Part shown: positions 28,616-38,714 of the stretch, piece by piece
Layout: each line of letters opens with the position of its first letter
Position numbering within the stretch: the stretch's first letter is position 1
IMG/VR virus record: IMGVR_UViG_3300037440_000397
Span: 1-64,000 of that record
Length of the DNA: 64,000 nt
From: an uncultured virus (IMG/VR IMGVR_UViG_3300037440_000397)
Lineage: Duplodnaviria > Heunggongvirae > Uroviricota > Caudoviricetes
Direction: 5' to 3' (one strand)
Translations under genes and position numbers: made by a program
Notes under the pieces: model-generated
Told to the model about the DNA's origin: nothing
Databases searched by the model: none
The model's input: only the letters and a program-made list of their open reading frames with translations

Positions 28616-29503
28616 TCAGGTGCCGAACAGTCCCGTACCGAACTGGCCCTGCGTCGGATGGTCGAAGATGAACACCGTGTCCGGACTGTCGGCCGCAGTC
28701 GGATCGAACACCCCGTCGTCGAAACCCGCGCCCGCCTTGTCGAACGTGAACGGATTGTCCGACGCATCCGCAAGCGCCCGCTCACACCCGAACGTCGCGT
28801 AGTGCACCGGCTCCTCGCACACCTCCCCGTCGACGGTCATACGGGTCAACGTCTGCTGGATCTGCTCAATGTAGAAGTCCGCATTCAACCCCAGCTCCCC
28901 GTTGCGGATGGTGATCCGGTCCGACAGTGCGCGGGTGAGGATTTGCAGCCAGTGCGGAATGTCGCAGGACACGATCCGCAACTGCACCGTCGGGCTGCGC
29001 TCCGCATAGTGGGCGAGCAGCAGTTGAACGATCGCCGCCGAGTCGTTGGCGTTCGGCCACGGCGGATCCTGCTGGTAAGAGCGGCGGCTGTGCCGGCTGA
29101 TACTCACCGAGTCGTCTGCTGCCACCTGCACGGTGCGGGCGACCGGCACGGCACGGGCCCGCACTTGAAGGTGGGTGATGGTGAGCGCGCCGCCCGCCGC
29201 GGTGATGGTGATGGCCAGCGACTGCCCGGAGCGGCGCGACAGCAGTACGACAGGCACACCGGCGCCGGAGTAGACGATGTCGACGCCGTCCGTGAGGTCC
29301 TGTGCGTCACGGAAGGGGTCGCTGGCCTGGACGCGTACCTGTACGGACTGCCCGAGTGCGAGGGAGATGACGGTGCCGGATTCCCAGACGACGGACAGTG
29401 AGGCTTCGGGTACGCGTTCTTCGACGGCGAATGTGACGCTGTTGACGATGTCGCGCCAGCCGTTGGTGTAGCCGAAGGGTTCGATGAAGTCGAACTCGGC
29501 CAT
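28616..29503 (-). CDS. Minor tail (hub) protein, C-terminal part
   Basis: IVNSV...LSDRITI...FYIEQI; acidic F/G-rich end. Confidence 0.7.
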   Translation of the reverse strand: MAEFDFIEPFGYTNGWRDIVNSVTFAVEERVPEASLSVVWESGTVISLALGQSVQVRVQASDPFRDAQDLTDGVDIVYSGAGVPVVLLSRRSGQSLAITITAAGGALTITHLQVRARAVPVARTVQVAADDSVSISRHSRRSYQQDPPWPNANDSAAIVQLLLAHYAERSPTVQLRIVSCDIPHWLQILTRALSDRITIRNGELGLNADFYIEQIQQTLTRMTVDGEVCEEPVHYATFGCERALADASDNPFTFDKAGAGFDDGVFDPTAADSPDTVFIFDHPTQGQFGTGLFGT

Positions 29504-29505
29504 GG

Positions 29506-29688
29506 CTACTCCTTGGCGGTGAGGGTGGCGCGTCCGGGTTCGACGATGAGGCGGAAGCCGTGCCGGTCGAGGACTTCTTCGATCTCTGCGCGGCAGGCGT
29601 CCATGCGGGTTTTGGTGTCTTCCTCGACGAGGCGGTATGCCTCGGCTACGGGGTCGTGTTCAGCACTGGTGCCCGTTGTGTCTGCCAT
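29506..29688 (-). CDS. Small protein, possible spike chaperone
   Basis: Follows the spike gene. Confidence 0.55.
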   Translation of the reverse strand: MADTTGTSAEHDPVAEAYRLVEEDTKTRMDACRAEIEEVLDRHGFRLIVEPGRATLTAKE

Positions 29689-29705
29689 GACGTTGTCTCG
29701 TTTCC

Positions 29706-30773
29706 TCAAGGCCCTGCCGCCACCCACGGCCCGGCGAATCCGGTCGCGACGTTGCTGCCGGGGGTGATGGATGCGGGGAGCGCGGTCTGGCCCACGCCGT
29801 TGGTTGCGTACCGGTAGGTGCCGGAGGTGAGTCCCATGTTGACGGCTGTGGCGATCCCTGCGCTGCCGGTGGCGCGGGCGACGGTCGGCGCGGTCCCGGC
29901 GTTGAAGACCATGGCCACCCAGTAGAAAGAGCCCGCGGTCAGACTCTGGCTGGCGATGGTGGTGGTCTTCAGGCCGGTGCTGCTGATGTCCGCGTCAACG
30001 TTCGTGGCCGCCAGCAGTGTTCCGGCCGAGTTGTACAGTCCGACCTCGTTCTGTCCGGCCGTGGGGGTCACACCCACGGCGGTCACCCACCAGTACAGGC
30101 TGACCGCGGCGACCGCTTCCGAGATGTGGACCTTCGTCAGGTAGACGGTTCCGTTGGTGAGGAGGCTGGAGTTGAACGACAGGGTCGGGTCGAATGCCCA
30201 CGCTGCTACGCCGTGGTTGACGGGCTGGAACGCCCCTAGCGCACCGACCGAGGAGTGCAGGGTGCCCGCCGCGGGGACTGTGACCAGGTTCGCGCCGCCG
30301 TTGCGGAGCGTCAGCAGACGGCCCGTCGTGCCGCCGTCCGTGGCCGTGACGAAGATGCCCTGCGCCGCAGTGCCCGTCTCGCCGTCCCGGACCAGGTCGA
30401 TGGAGATGGCTGCCGCGTTGGCGTCTCCTGTTGCGGAGCCTGAGTGGTTGCGGTGGCTGATTTTCACGGAGCCGCGCGCGTTCTCCGATGCGGTGATCTG
30501 TACGGCGGAGGTGAGCGGGTTGTCGCTGATCAGGTTCAGTGCGCTCGCGGTGTCGGTGCCGGAGGTGCCTGCCTGGTAGATCGTGACCGCGTGCTCGGTG
30601 GTGGATGTCGTCTTGAAGAACGCGGACCGCACTGCGAGATCGGTCGTGATGCCGCCCGTCAGCGCGCCGCCCGTCTTGCTGTACTTGCCGTCGATCTGCG
30701 TCTGCAAGTCGTTGAGGGCATCGTTGAGGGGCTGCCCCCAAGCCGTCTGCCCGATCGTCGGTGTCGTGACCAT
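29706..30773 (-). CDS. Tail spike with phage hyaluronate-lyase (HylP-like) beta-helix domain
   Basis: ALNLIS.N...SAVQI...E...GSVKISH...DANAAAISIDL...GTAAQGIF...GRLLTLRN. Confidence 0.75.
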   Translation of the reverse strand: MVTTPTIGQTAWGQPLNDALNDLQTQIDGKYSKTGGALTGGITTDLAVRSAFFKTTSTTEHAVTIYQAGTSGTDTASALNLISDNPLTSAVQITASENARGSVKISHRNHSGSATGDANAAAISIDLVRDGETGTAAQGIFVTATDGGTTGRLLTLRNGGANLVTVPAAGTLHSSVGALGAFQPVNHGVAAWAFDPTLSFNSSLLTNGTVYLTKVHISEAVAAVSLYWWVTAVGVTPTAGQNEVGLYNSAGTLLAATNVDADISSTGLKTTTIASQSLTAGSFYWVAMVFNAGTAPTVARATGSAGIATAVNMGLTSGTYRYATNGVGQTALPASITPGSNVATGFAGPWVAAGP

Positions 30774-30782
30774 GTGCGTCTC

Positions 30783-32144
30783 TTACCCTCCGTAGATGCC
30801 GAAGCCGTAGCAGCCGTCCCCATACTCGGTGACGGGGTCGCTGCACGGGTCGCACTCCCCGATCTGCCGGGAGGCGAACGTGGCCTGCGACACGATCGAC
30901 GCGGTGCGCAGCAGCCGGTGATGGCGGTCCCGGTAGACGAACGTCCCACCCGGCGCCACATACGCGATGCTCGGCGGGCCCTCCGATTGCAGCAGATCCG
31001 TCAGCGCGTCGAACGCGTCTTCGTCTTCTGCCCACCACCAGGGCACGAACGTCGCCCCCAGGTCCAGATCCCTAGGGGCGGTCCAGCCGATCTCGTCGAG
31101 GATGACCCCGATCAGGGTGCCGGTGCGCTGCGCCTGGTACAGCTCGGTGGACAGGGATGTGCCGCGCAGCAGCGACAGATCATCCAAGGCGGTGATCTCA
31201 GCGGACCGGTTACTGCGGTCAGGGTGGACCACCAGATCGTCGATGCGCCCCCGGATCAGGGGATACAAGGTGTTGCTGTAGACGACCTCAGCTTTGACCG
31301 GTGCTGCGGGGCCCACGTCATCGACGATGGGAGACTCAGGGTTATCCGGCGAGTAGACACGGTCAGCGTTGCACAGCGTCATCCCCAGCGAGCCCACTCT
31401 GGGTGGGGACAGGGCGCGTTCCTGGTCGCGGCCGTACTGGAAGGTGACCACGCCACGCTGAAGAACATCGTCGGTGACGTTCTCATTGGTGTCGTCGAAG
31501 TCGCCGTCGCCGTTCCAGTCAATCGCCACGGTGTACCCGTCGGCGAGCGCAGGTGCGACGTTGAAGTCGTCGAACTCCGCGAACTCGCCCGTTGGTGCGC
31601 CGGTTACGGTCGGCGAGCAGTGCGCGAGGAGCTGCAGTTCCAGATCGGCGTCCGTGACCCATGCAGGAGAGGCATCGGTGTGCTGTGTCGTCCACTCGCG
31701 GCCGTCGGGCGACGTCTCCCAGTACAGGGTGCTGGACTCCTCGCGGACCCGCAGCCACGCGTGGTCGACCGGGTCGTAGGGGATGGTGCGGCCGCCCTCG
31801 TCGACGAATCCGACGTGGACGGTCATCAGCAGCAGGTTCGTGACCGGGTTGATCTCGAAGACGATCTGCGTGCCCACGACGTTCGACAGGACGAGGAGTT
31901 GGCAGAATGCTTCCGCCATTCCGGTCGCCGGTGGGGGGAATGCGCGTACGAAAGCGTACGAGTCTTGCAGGGTGTAGATGTTGTCGGAGGCGTAGGCCGC
32001 GAAGCCGGCATCGCAGGGGACGCGCGCGCGTCCGCCCGTCTCGACGGGTAGGCCGCCGGTCCCGGTGTTGTAGTTGTTGGGCCACTTGGTGGGGTCGACG
32101 GTGTTGTCGTTGAAGTCGTCGAAGAGTTCTTGTGTCAGCGGCAT
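30783..32144 (-). CDS. Minor tail protein (lectin-like N-terminal domain plus hub domain)
   Basis: Immediately downstream of the tape measure gene. Confidence 0.75.
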   Translation of the reverse strand: MPLTQELFDDFNDNTVDPTKWPNNYNTGTGGLPVETGGRARVPCDAGFAAYASDNIYTLQDSYAFVRAFPPPATGMAEAFCQLLVLSNVVGTQIVFEINPVTNLLLMTVHVGFVDEGGRTIPYDPVDHAWLRVREESSTLYWETSPDGREWTTQHTDASPAWVTDADLELQLLAHCSPTVTGAPTGEFAEFDDFNVAPALADGYTVAIDWNGDGDFDDTNENVTDDVLQRGVVTFQYGRDQERALSPPRVGSLGMTLCNADRVYSPDNPESPIVDDVGPAAPVKAEVVYSNTLYPLIRGRIDDLVVHPDRSNRSAEITALDDLSLLRGTSLSTELYQAQRTGTLIGVILDEIGWTAPRDLDLGATFVPWWWAEDEDAFDALTDLLQSEGPPSIAYVAPGGTFVYRDRHHRLLRTASIVSQATFASRQIGECDPCSDPVTEYGDGCYGFGIYGG

Positions 32145-32150
32145 CGGCGG

Positions 32151-34982
32151 TCACCGGGCCCGTGCGGTGGGAAGCCGGCCGGTGCGCTGAAGGTTTTCCA
32201 TGGCCCGGGTAAGGAAACCTTCCACCTCGAACTGCGAGCCCAGGACACCGCGGTTGGTGAGGTTGAGGCTGATGTTCACCACTGTCGGTGGAGGGGTGGC
32301 TTGCGGTGTACGCAAGGCCGACAGATTCGCGGCAACCGCAGTCGGCGACGACGGCGCCGCCTCGCCTGGCATCACCATTGAAGGGGTCAGTGCCATCTGA
32401 GTGCGCTCGGCGAGATCGAGTGCAGCACGCCGAACCATCGCCTCGCGTTGGCCGATGCCCTCCGCTAGCGCCTCGCTGATGGATCGGCCGGAGAAGAGAG
32501 TCCAGCCCTTCCCGGAGAACGGGCCCTCCTTCGCCGGGGAGAAAGGCAGCACGTCACGGGCGCTCGACAGCACGCCGCCGACCGCGTCCTTGACGCTCCC
32601 TGCGAGTGATTTGATGCCGTTGATGAGGCCCTGGATGATTGAGCGTCCAGAGCTGTACAGCAACCTGCCGAGACTGCCCAGGGCGCCTCTGATGCGGCCG
32701 GGGATACCGCGTGCGAAGCCGATCGCGCGGGAGGCGCCGCTGGAAATGGCGGAGCGGAACCGGCCGAACGCGGCAGTGGCCAGCGAGCTGATCAGGCTAC
32801 CGAGCCTGCTGAGCGCGGATCGGATGCGGCCGGGGACGCTGCGGACAAAACCGATGGTGGCGATGGCGCCCTTTACGACGGCAGAGCGGAACCGGCTGAA
32901 CGCGTCTGTCGCGATCCGGATCAGCCCGGCGGCCAGCGATGCGAGCGCGGCGAACACCTCGCCGGGCAGTCGGGCGACCCAACTGATGATTGCGTTGATG
33001 AGGTCGGGGATGATGCTGTTTCCGACCAGGACGTCGAACAAGTTTTGGAAGAACCCGATGATCCCGTCGATCAGCAAACCGATGGTGGACAGGATGTTGG
33101 TGACCGTCTCACTGATCGCGGTCCCTACCCCGCTGATGAGTTCTTTGAATGCTGCCCACGCTGCGGAGGCGTCTCCGTTGAGCAGTTCAGTGATGACGGT
33201 TAGTGCGGGGACTACGACGTTGGTGATGACGTTCGCCAGTTGGTCGGCGAGGATCGTAGCGAGTTGCCCGACCAGCTCGATCAGCGGAGTGATGACCGGC
33301 AGGAGTGCCGTCAAACCTTCTGCAATGAGGATCCCGAGTATCTCCAGTAGCGGAGCCACCGCGACGAGGAGCTCCCCGAACGACTGGCCCAGCGATGCCA
33401 GCGCCGGGGCCAGCGCGGTCAAAAGCTGCGCCACGAGGGGCAGGATGATCGCCGTGATCTCGCTGAATGTGTCGATCAGTGGTGTGAGGATCGTGGGGAG
33501 CTCCGCGATGATCGGCGCCAGCACTGCGGTGAGGATTTCCCCGAGCTGCTGCAGGATCGGCGCGGCCCCCGCGAACGCCTCCGCGATTGCCTGAATGACC
33601 GGGACCAGTGGCGGCAGCAGCGACGCGATCAACTCGCCTACCACAGGCAGCAGCGGCGAGATCGCATCGACGAGAACACCGACGGCTTCCGCGGCCACGG
33701 CGAGGACCGGCCCGAGCGCTTCGATGATCGGCGACAGTGCAGCGCCGAGGTTCTCGATCAGCCGCTCGACAGGGGGCCCGAGTGTGGTGAAGACGGGTCC
33801 GATTGCGGCGAGCGCCTGCCCCAGCAGCGGGCCGACCGTGCTGGCCAGAGTGCTCATCACCGAGGCCAGTGCGCTGATCGCGTCCTGGAATGCTTGGGTG
33901 CCGGTGGCTTCCCGCAGCACGCCGGTGATCTCCAGCAGGGTTCCGACCAGACCAGCGCCTTGTTCTTGGACCGGGGCCATGATGTTGCCGAGGATCGCGA
34001 ACACATTGCCCGCGACCTCTGCAAGGTCACGCAGCACGCCCACTGCCGTGTTGACCGCTTCTTCCAACGCACCCGACTCGAACGCCCGACCGAGCCGCTC
34101 GCCGATACTCGTGGCCGCTCTGCCAGCTCCCGCAGTGAGGCGGTCGAACGCCGGCGCGCCCGCAGCAGCGAGTTGCCCGAGTGCGGTGACGACCTGGGCA
34201 GGTACTCCTTCAAGGTTTCGCAGCCCTAGGTTGGCGCCTTCCATAGCGCGGCCGAGTGTGCCGTTGTCGGCCAGCGCGGCGGCGGCCAGTCCGGCGGAGG
34301 CGGCCATGTTGCCGAGGCTGTTCGCGGTTGTTGTCAGGTGGTTCTGCAGCTCGGGCAGCGTGGCGGTGGCCACCGTTTTCAGGACGCTGTCCAGCTCAGT
34401 GAACAGTTCTTCCTGGATGGTCTGCTGGAATTCGCGGAACGCGGGCGCAAGCTCTCGGACCTGCTCGGCGAACGCGCGTGCCGACGGCGACAGTTTTTCT
34501 AGCGCCTCCGCGAAAGCTTCCGCGCCTTCCTCGCTGGTGTCGAACGCGGCAGTGACCGCGTCCCCGACACCGGCCATGCCGAGCTTGATCGCCGCACTCG
34601 CCTGGACGACCGCGAACATTCCCGTCACCGCGACCGCCCCGGCTGGCGCGATGCTCTCCAGGGTGGTGACGATCCCCGCCAGCAGAGGCGCCGCCGAGCC
34701 CGCTGCGGCGCCGGCCTTGCCGAGGACCCCGGCCACGCTGGCGAGAGCACCGCCGACGCTGCCTGCCACGCGGGTGAGACTGCGTAGGGATCCACCGAAC
34801 TGGTCGCCGCCGTCTGCCGCGTTGATGAGTGCCCGGTTGATGACGGTGCCGTCAGCGACGAAGCGGCCACGGATGTCACGGACTCGGCCTTGGGCATCGC
34901 GTGAGAAGCGGGCGAGGGCGAGGGTTGCCGCGTCGGTATTGGCGTCGACGCGGATTTCGGCGTCGCCGATGGGGGTACTCAT
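32151..34982 (-). CDS. Tape measure protein
   Basis: 943 aa, Ala/Leu-rich helical repeats, PFSPAKEGPFSG. Confidence 0.92.
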   Translation of the reverse strand: MSTPIGDAEIRVDANTDAATLALARFSRDAQGRVRDIRGRFVADGTVINRALINAADGGDQFGGSLRSLTRVAGSVGGALASVAGVLGKAGAAAGSAAPLLAGIVTTLESIAPAGAVAVTGMFAVVQASAAIKLGMAGVGDAVTAAFDTSEEGAEAFAEALEKLSPSARAFAEQVRELAPAFREFQQTIQEELFTELDSVLKTVATATLPELQNHLTTTANSLGNMAASAGLAAAALADNGTLGRAMEGANLGLRNLEGVPAQVVTALGQLAAAGAPAFDRLTAGAGRAATSIGERLGRAFESGALEEAVNTAVGVLRDLAEVAGNVFAILGNIMAPVQEQGAGLVGTLLEITGVLREATGTQAFQDAISALASVMSTLASTVGPLLGQALAAIGPVFTTLGPPVERLIENLGAALSPIIEALGPVLAVAAEAVGVLVDAISPLLPVVGELIASLLPPLVPVIQAIAEAFAGAAPILQQLGEILTAVLAPIIAELPTILTPLIDTFSEITAIILPLVAQLLTALAPALASLGQSFGELLVAVAPLLEILGILIAEGLTALLPVITPLIELVGQLATILADQLANVITNVVVPALTVITELLNGDASAAWAAFKELISGVGTAISETVTNILSTIGLLIDGIIGFFQNLFDVLVGNSIIPDLINAIISWVARLPGEVFAALASLAAGLIRIATDAFSRFRSAVVKGAIATIGFVRSVPGRIRSALSRLGSLISSLATAAFGRFRSAISSGASRAIGFARGIPGRIRGALGSLGRLLYSSGRSIIQGLINGIKSLAGSVKDAVGGVLSSARDVLPFSPAKEGPFSGKGWTLFSGRSISEALAEGIGQREAMVRRAALDLAERTQMALTPSMVMPGEAAPSSPTAVAANLSALRTPQATPPPTVVNISLNLTNRGVLGSQFEVEGFLTRAMENLQRTGRLPTARAR

Positions 34983-35343
34983 GTGATCATCCCCTTCGCG
35001 CGGGCCATCTCCATGAACATGTCCGCCGACTGGTCGGCTTCAGTCTGGTTCCACCACCACGGCGTTGCGGCCTGCGCCGGGTCTGTCTCACGGGTTTCGC
35101 TGCCGGGTGCAGCCCACGCGCGTACGCCGAGTTGCCCGTCGAACCGTTTGCGGGCGGCGTCGGGCTTCTCGTTGTCGCGGACGTTCAGGCGCGTGAGCAT
35201 CTCGGCGTAGATGAAGTTCAGCCAGCGGTGGGCTGGAAAGTTGCTGGGATCGATGCCTGCTGTGGCTGCGCGTCCGTCGAGCTCGTGCCAGGTGCCGGGT
35301 TGGGCGCACCATTGGGCGAGGGCGAGGACGGCTGTGTAGGGCG
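34979..35343 (-). CDS. Tail assembly chaperone, frameshift extension
   Basis: -1 frame ORF overlapping the upstream chaperone gene and ending at the TMP start. Confidence 0.7.
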
Positions 35344-35667
35344 TCGGCCGTAGTGCCCCATGAGCCACTGGATGACGTCGGCGGTCTGTTCCAGTTCGAT
35401 GGGGTTTGCCAGGTCGGAGAGGCGTTTGGTGAAGCGTGTGTGGGATTCGGGGAGGAGGACGAGGGAGAGTGCGTCTTTCATGACGGCGAGTTGCTGGTCG
35501 AGTGGTGCGCTGCCGACGTCTGCGTAGCGTTTGGCGAATTCGGTGAGCATGTCGCCGGGGATGGCGGGGGTGGCTTCGAAGGTGTCGTCGTCGATGCGGA
35601 AGGTGAGGCGTTCGCGGGGGCGGCTGAAGTCTTTGACGGGGGGTGCCGTGGGTGTGGGCTGGGTCAT
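35218..35667 (-). CDS. Tail assembly chaperone
   Basis: Position before TMP; YGRRPT followed by a low-complexity tail. Confidence 0.75.
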   Translation of the reverse strand: MTQPTPTAPPVKDFSRPRERLTFRIDDDTFEATPAIPGDMLTEFAKRYADVGSAPLDQQLAVMKDALSLVLLPESHTRFTKRLSDLANPIELEQTADVIQWLMGHYGRRPTQPSSPSPNGAPNPAPGTSSTDAQPQQASIPATFQPTAG

Positions 35668-35744
35668 GGGTGGGACGGTAGGTTCCGCCCCGTCATGATC
35701 ATTCCGGCGGTTGCGCAACCATGGTTGCGCAACCGCGTAGCAGG

Positions 35745-36845
35745 TCAGCGCGGAGCCGTAAGCCCGCGCACGGCCGGGTGGTTATCGACGAGATCGAGGA
35801 CGAGAGGAAGGGCTCGGACGTGGTAGTACTCGCGGCCACGTACGGGCTCCTCGCGCGCGTCCCGCAGCGCCGAGATGATCATCCGCTCAAGCCACGGAGC
35901 CACATCGTCCGGGAGGCCCGCGTGGAGACGGACGACATGATCGAAGCCATCCTTGACGTGTTCGCCCAAGCGGCGGCTCGGGTCGCCTGACGTGACTCCG
36001 AACTTAAGCACGTCGTTCACTTCGTCGATGACGACGTAGAAGGCATCCCACTCTCTGTATGCGCAGCGTCGGCACAGAGGGCCTCCGGCAACAAGATGCG
36101 CTGGAGTCTGCCTAACCTCATGACCCTTCGCGCAGCGCGATCGATGCTTATGGCCCGCGCCCCGGTACGGCTCCAGCGTTACGCCGCCATGGGCCTTGAC
36201 CAACTCCTCGTACTGGGCTGCACACCTGTCGTGCTCGCAGCGTCGGCACGGGATCCGCTTGCGGGACGTCACCTTGCTCGGCCGGACGCTGATCGCGTGG
36301 CCGCCTGGGCAGACGATCCGGTGCGCGGTGTGGTTGCCCAGCCATTCCGCTTCCACGACCGTGCCGCCGTTATCCGTAACCAGGGCGCGAAACGTCTGCC
36401 ACGCCGCCTCACGATTCCGGCCCACGCAGACGCTGCAGAAGCTGCCAGTCGACTTCGCGTCGTGCGGTCTTGGCGTTGTGGTGTGCCCTGCCGAGCATCT
36501 CACTCTGTGAGGCACGATGGCTCCGAGCCAGCGTCCCTCCAGAACGGTCCCCCCGTTCTCTGTGACCAGCCGCTGAAAGGCAGCCCACGCCGCCTGGGGA
36601 CTAAGCCCCACACACTCTTTGCAAATCCCCTGCCCCCGGAACACGCCAGAGGGCCACGGAGCACATTCGTGCCCATTAACGCACCGGACGCGATGAGGTG
36701 CCGCGCTGCCCTTCCACTCGCCGTAGAGCGGCGTCGCGCGCAGCTTTGCGATAGCGGCAAGGAACAGCTCTTCGGCTCTGACTGACTGCGCCTGGCGTCT
36801 GGCCTGCTTGGGCACAGGGACAGAGGCTGTCGTACTCTCGGCCAT
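35745..36845 (-). CDS. Zinc-ribbon repeat protein with C-terminal GIY-YIG/T5orf172-like nuclease
   Basis: Four CxxGH...CxxC repeats; FYVV...LKFGVT...RRL..H...LE...GREY. Confidence 0.75.
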   Translation of the reverse strand: MAESTTASVPVPKQARRQAQSVRAEELFLAAIAKLRATPLYGEWKGSAAPHRVRCVNGHECAPWPSGVFRGQGICKECVGLSPQAAWAAFQRLVTENGGTVLEGRWLGAIVPHRVRCSAGHTTTPRPHDAKSTGSFCSVCVGRNREAAWQTFRALVTDNGGTVVEAEWLGNHTAHRIVCPGGHAISVRPSKVTSRKRIPCRRCEHDRCAAQYEELVKAHGGVTLEPYRGAGHKHRSRCAKGHEVRQTPAHLVAGGPLCRRCAYREWDAFYVVIDEVNDVLKFGVTSGDPSRRLGEHVKDGFDHVVRLHAGLPDDVAPWLERMIISALRDAREEPVRGREYYHVRALPLVLDLVDNHPAVRGLTAPR

Positions 36846-36972
36846 GGGCCGTACTCCTTCTCACACAAGGGGTCGGTCAGGGTCGTCGGTGTTCGCGCAC
36901 CGGCGGCCCACTCGTATGTAAGGACGTCTCAACTGCCCTGAAAGTTCCCTGCGTTGCACATAAATCCGCAGG

Positions 36973-37368
36973 TCAAAGAGCTGCGCGCAGGGCTTGCCTC
37001 AAAAAGTCGTTCGGCTTCGTGCCGGGATGAAGGGCGTACCGCGCGTACACGACGCGTCCGCCGACCGTGAACCGCAGCACGCCGCCAGGGCGGCGGGGGA
37101 CGATGCGATGGGGCCTCGTGCCGTAGACGGTAAACAGCGCGGCGGGATGCCGGACGTTCACCACCCCCCGGAACTCGCCGCCCGGGCCGCGCTGGATGGA
37201 CGCGCGGATGGTGCGGCCCATGCTGCCGGGTGCGAGGCGGATCGCTTCCCGCTCGACACGCTCCACCCGGCGCGTCATGTTCCGGTACACCAGGCCGCCG
37301 GGCAGGCGCAGCATGCGTTCCACCCGGGAGCGGTCGAGGTTGAAGCTGGTCGAGACGCTGAACACCAT
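36973..37368 (-). CDS. Neck/minor virion protein (HK97 gp10-like)
   Basis: GTRPH.I...HPGTKPNDFL..AL. Confidence 0.75.
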   Translation of the reverse strand: MVFSVSTSFNLDRSRVERMLRLPGGLVYRNMTRRVERVEREAIRLAPGSMGRTIRASIQRGPGGEFRGVVNVRHPAALFTVYGTRPHRIVPRRPGGVLRFTVGGRVVYARYALHPGTKPNDFLRQALRAAL

Positions 37369-37375
37369 GACGGCC

Positions 37376-37873
37376 TCAGTTCCGGCCCAGCGCGACGAGT
37401 GCCCGCAGCTCGTTGCCGACGCAGCCACCGGACGGTCCTTGTGGGGTGAGTGGGCGGAGGATGAAGTCGACGATGTCCCTTGCGTCGTTCATCTCGCACA
37501 GCTTCACTGACACGGCTTTCAGCAGTTCGTACGCGTCGCGGAGTACCTCTTGTGCGGACGTGTCCAGTTCGGCGGTGGTCGGTGATGTGATCTGGTCTTC
37601 GGGGTTCGGTGCGCAGCGCACGATCTGGATGATGAGTTCGCCGACTTCGTAGATGGCGTCGCAGTTGCCGGTCTTGCGTATGGCTTGGTCGGGGAAGTTG
37701 TCGCTGAGGAAGATCGGGCCGACGGTGACGGCGAGCATGCCGCAGTCGCATTCGTCCCATGCGATCGCACCGGGGACGACGCCGTGCCGGGACGGCTCGA
37801 CCGTGAGTTCGGCGTACACCGCCTGCTCCAAAGTGGATGCGACGGTGTACCACTTCAACGGGCCCGTGATCAC
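37376..37873 (-). CDS. Tail terminator-like protein
   Basis: Position; WDECDCG...GPSGGCVG. Confidence 0.65.
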   Translation of the reverse strand: MITGPLKWYTVASTLEQAVYAELTVEPSRHGVVPGAIAWDECDCGMLAVTVGPIFLSDNFPDQAIRKTGNCDAIYEVGELIIQIVRCAPNPEDQITSPTTAELDTSAQEVLRDAYELLKAVSVKLCEMNDARDIVDFILRPLTPQGPSGGCVGNELRALVALGRN

Positions 37874-38706
37874 GTCCCTGCCCTCCGCACCGTCGGCCGA
37901 TCCACGCTGTACACCCGCGAGCGTTGCCGCAGCCCGTACGGATTCCACGTGCTGACGAACATGTCCACCAGATACAACCCTGTGCGCCCCTGCCGGAACA
38001 ACTCGCCCACATCCGGATAGGAGATCGTCACGCCCTGCCGTACGAGCTGCTGCAACCCCGCAGGCAGCTTGCAGTCCCCACCCGCCGCCGCCTTCGCAAT
38101 CTCACACGCCAACTGGCCCACAGCCAGAGACGCGCCCTCCGGCAACGCCTCCCCATACGTAGCCGTCACCGACCACGTACCCACCTCAGTGTCATCCAGG
38201 TTGAGATCGTTGCAGCGCGGCCACCTACCGCCGTCCGTGCGCACCAACAGCCGGTTGTTGTCGATGCGGTACGCGCCCGACACCATCGGCGTCCCGTCGA
38301 TCTTCACCTCAACGATCGTGTTCACCGGAGCAGGCAGCCGAACCTCAGACACCTGTGTGCACGAGCAGTCACCCGCACAAGAACCGCACGTCAGGTTGTA
38401 CCAAAGCCCACCGATCAGCGCAGGCTGCGGATAAGAGCCCGACGCCCACGGAGGCCCGAAGTCGTCGTAGAACGAACCGGTCTGACACTCACGGGCACAC
38501 GGACGCAACGTCACCTGACACACCCCGAACCGCATGCCCGTCAACGCCCACAACGTCTCGGTGGCCATGCTCACGGCCAGCCCGGTGACGGCCGGATTCA
38601 ACGTGTCAACGTCGCACGTCCACGTCACAGGCCAGTCCGCACACGGGCCAGTGATATCGCCCGTGCCGCCGGGAACGGTCTGCGGGGTTGGGTTGATGAC
38701 CGGCAC
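37870..38706 (-). CDS. Head-to-tail adaptor
   Basis: LWALTG..FG.C...LACE...RQGV. Confidence 0.75.
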   Translation of the reverse strand: MPVINPTPQTVPGGTGDITGPCADWPVTWTCDVDTLNPAVTGLAVSMATETLWALTGMRFGVCQVTLRPCARECQTGSFYDDFGPPWASGSYPQPALIGGLWYNLTCGSCAGDCSCTQVSEVRLPAPVNTIVEVKIDGTPMVSGAYRIDNNRLLVRTDGGRWPRCNDLNLDDTEVGTWSVTATYGEALPEGASLAVGQLACEIAKAAAGGDCKLPAGLQQLVRQGVTISYPDVGELFRQGRTGLYLVDMFVSTWNPYGLRQRSRVYSVDRPTVRRAGT

Positions 38707-38714
38707 AAGTCCTC

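Noticed and set aside
31594..31614. Partial gapped match of unit 8 to PTVTGA in the tail gene
   Set aside because: Only 6 of 11 dinucleotides; expected by chance
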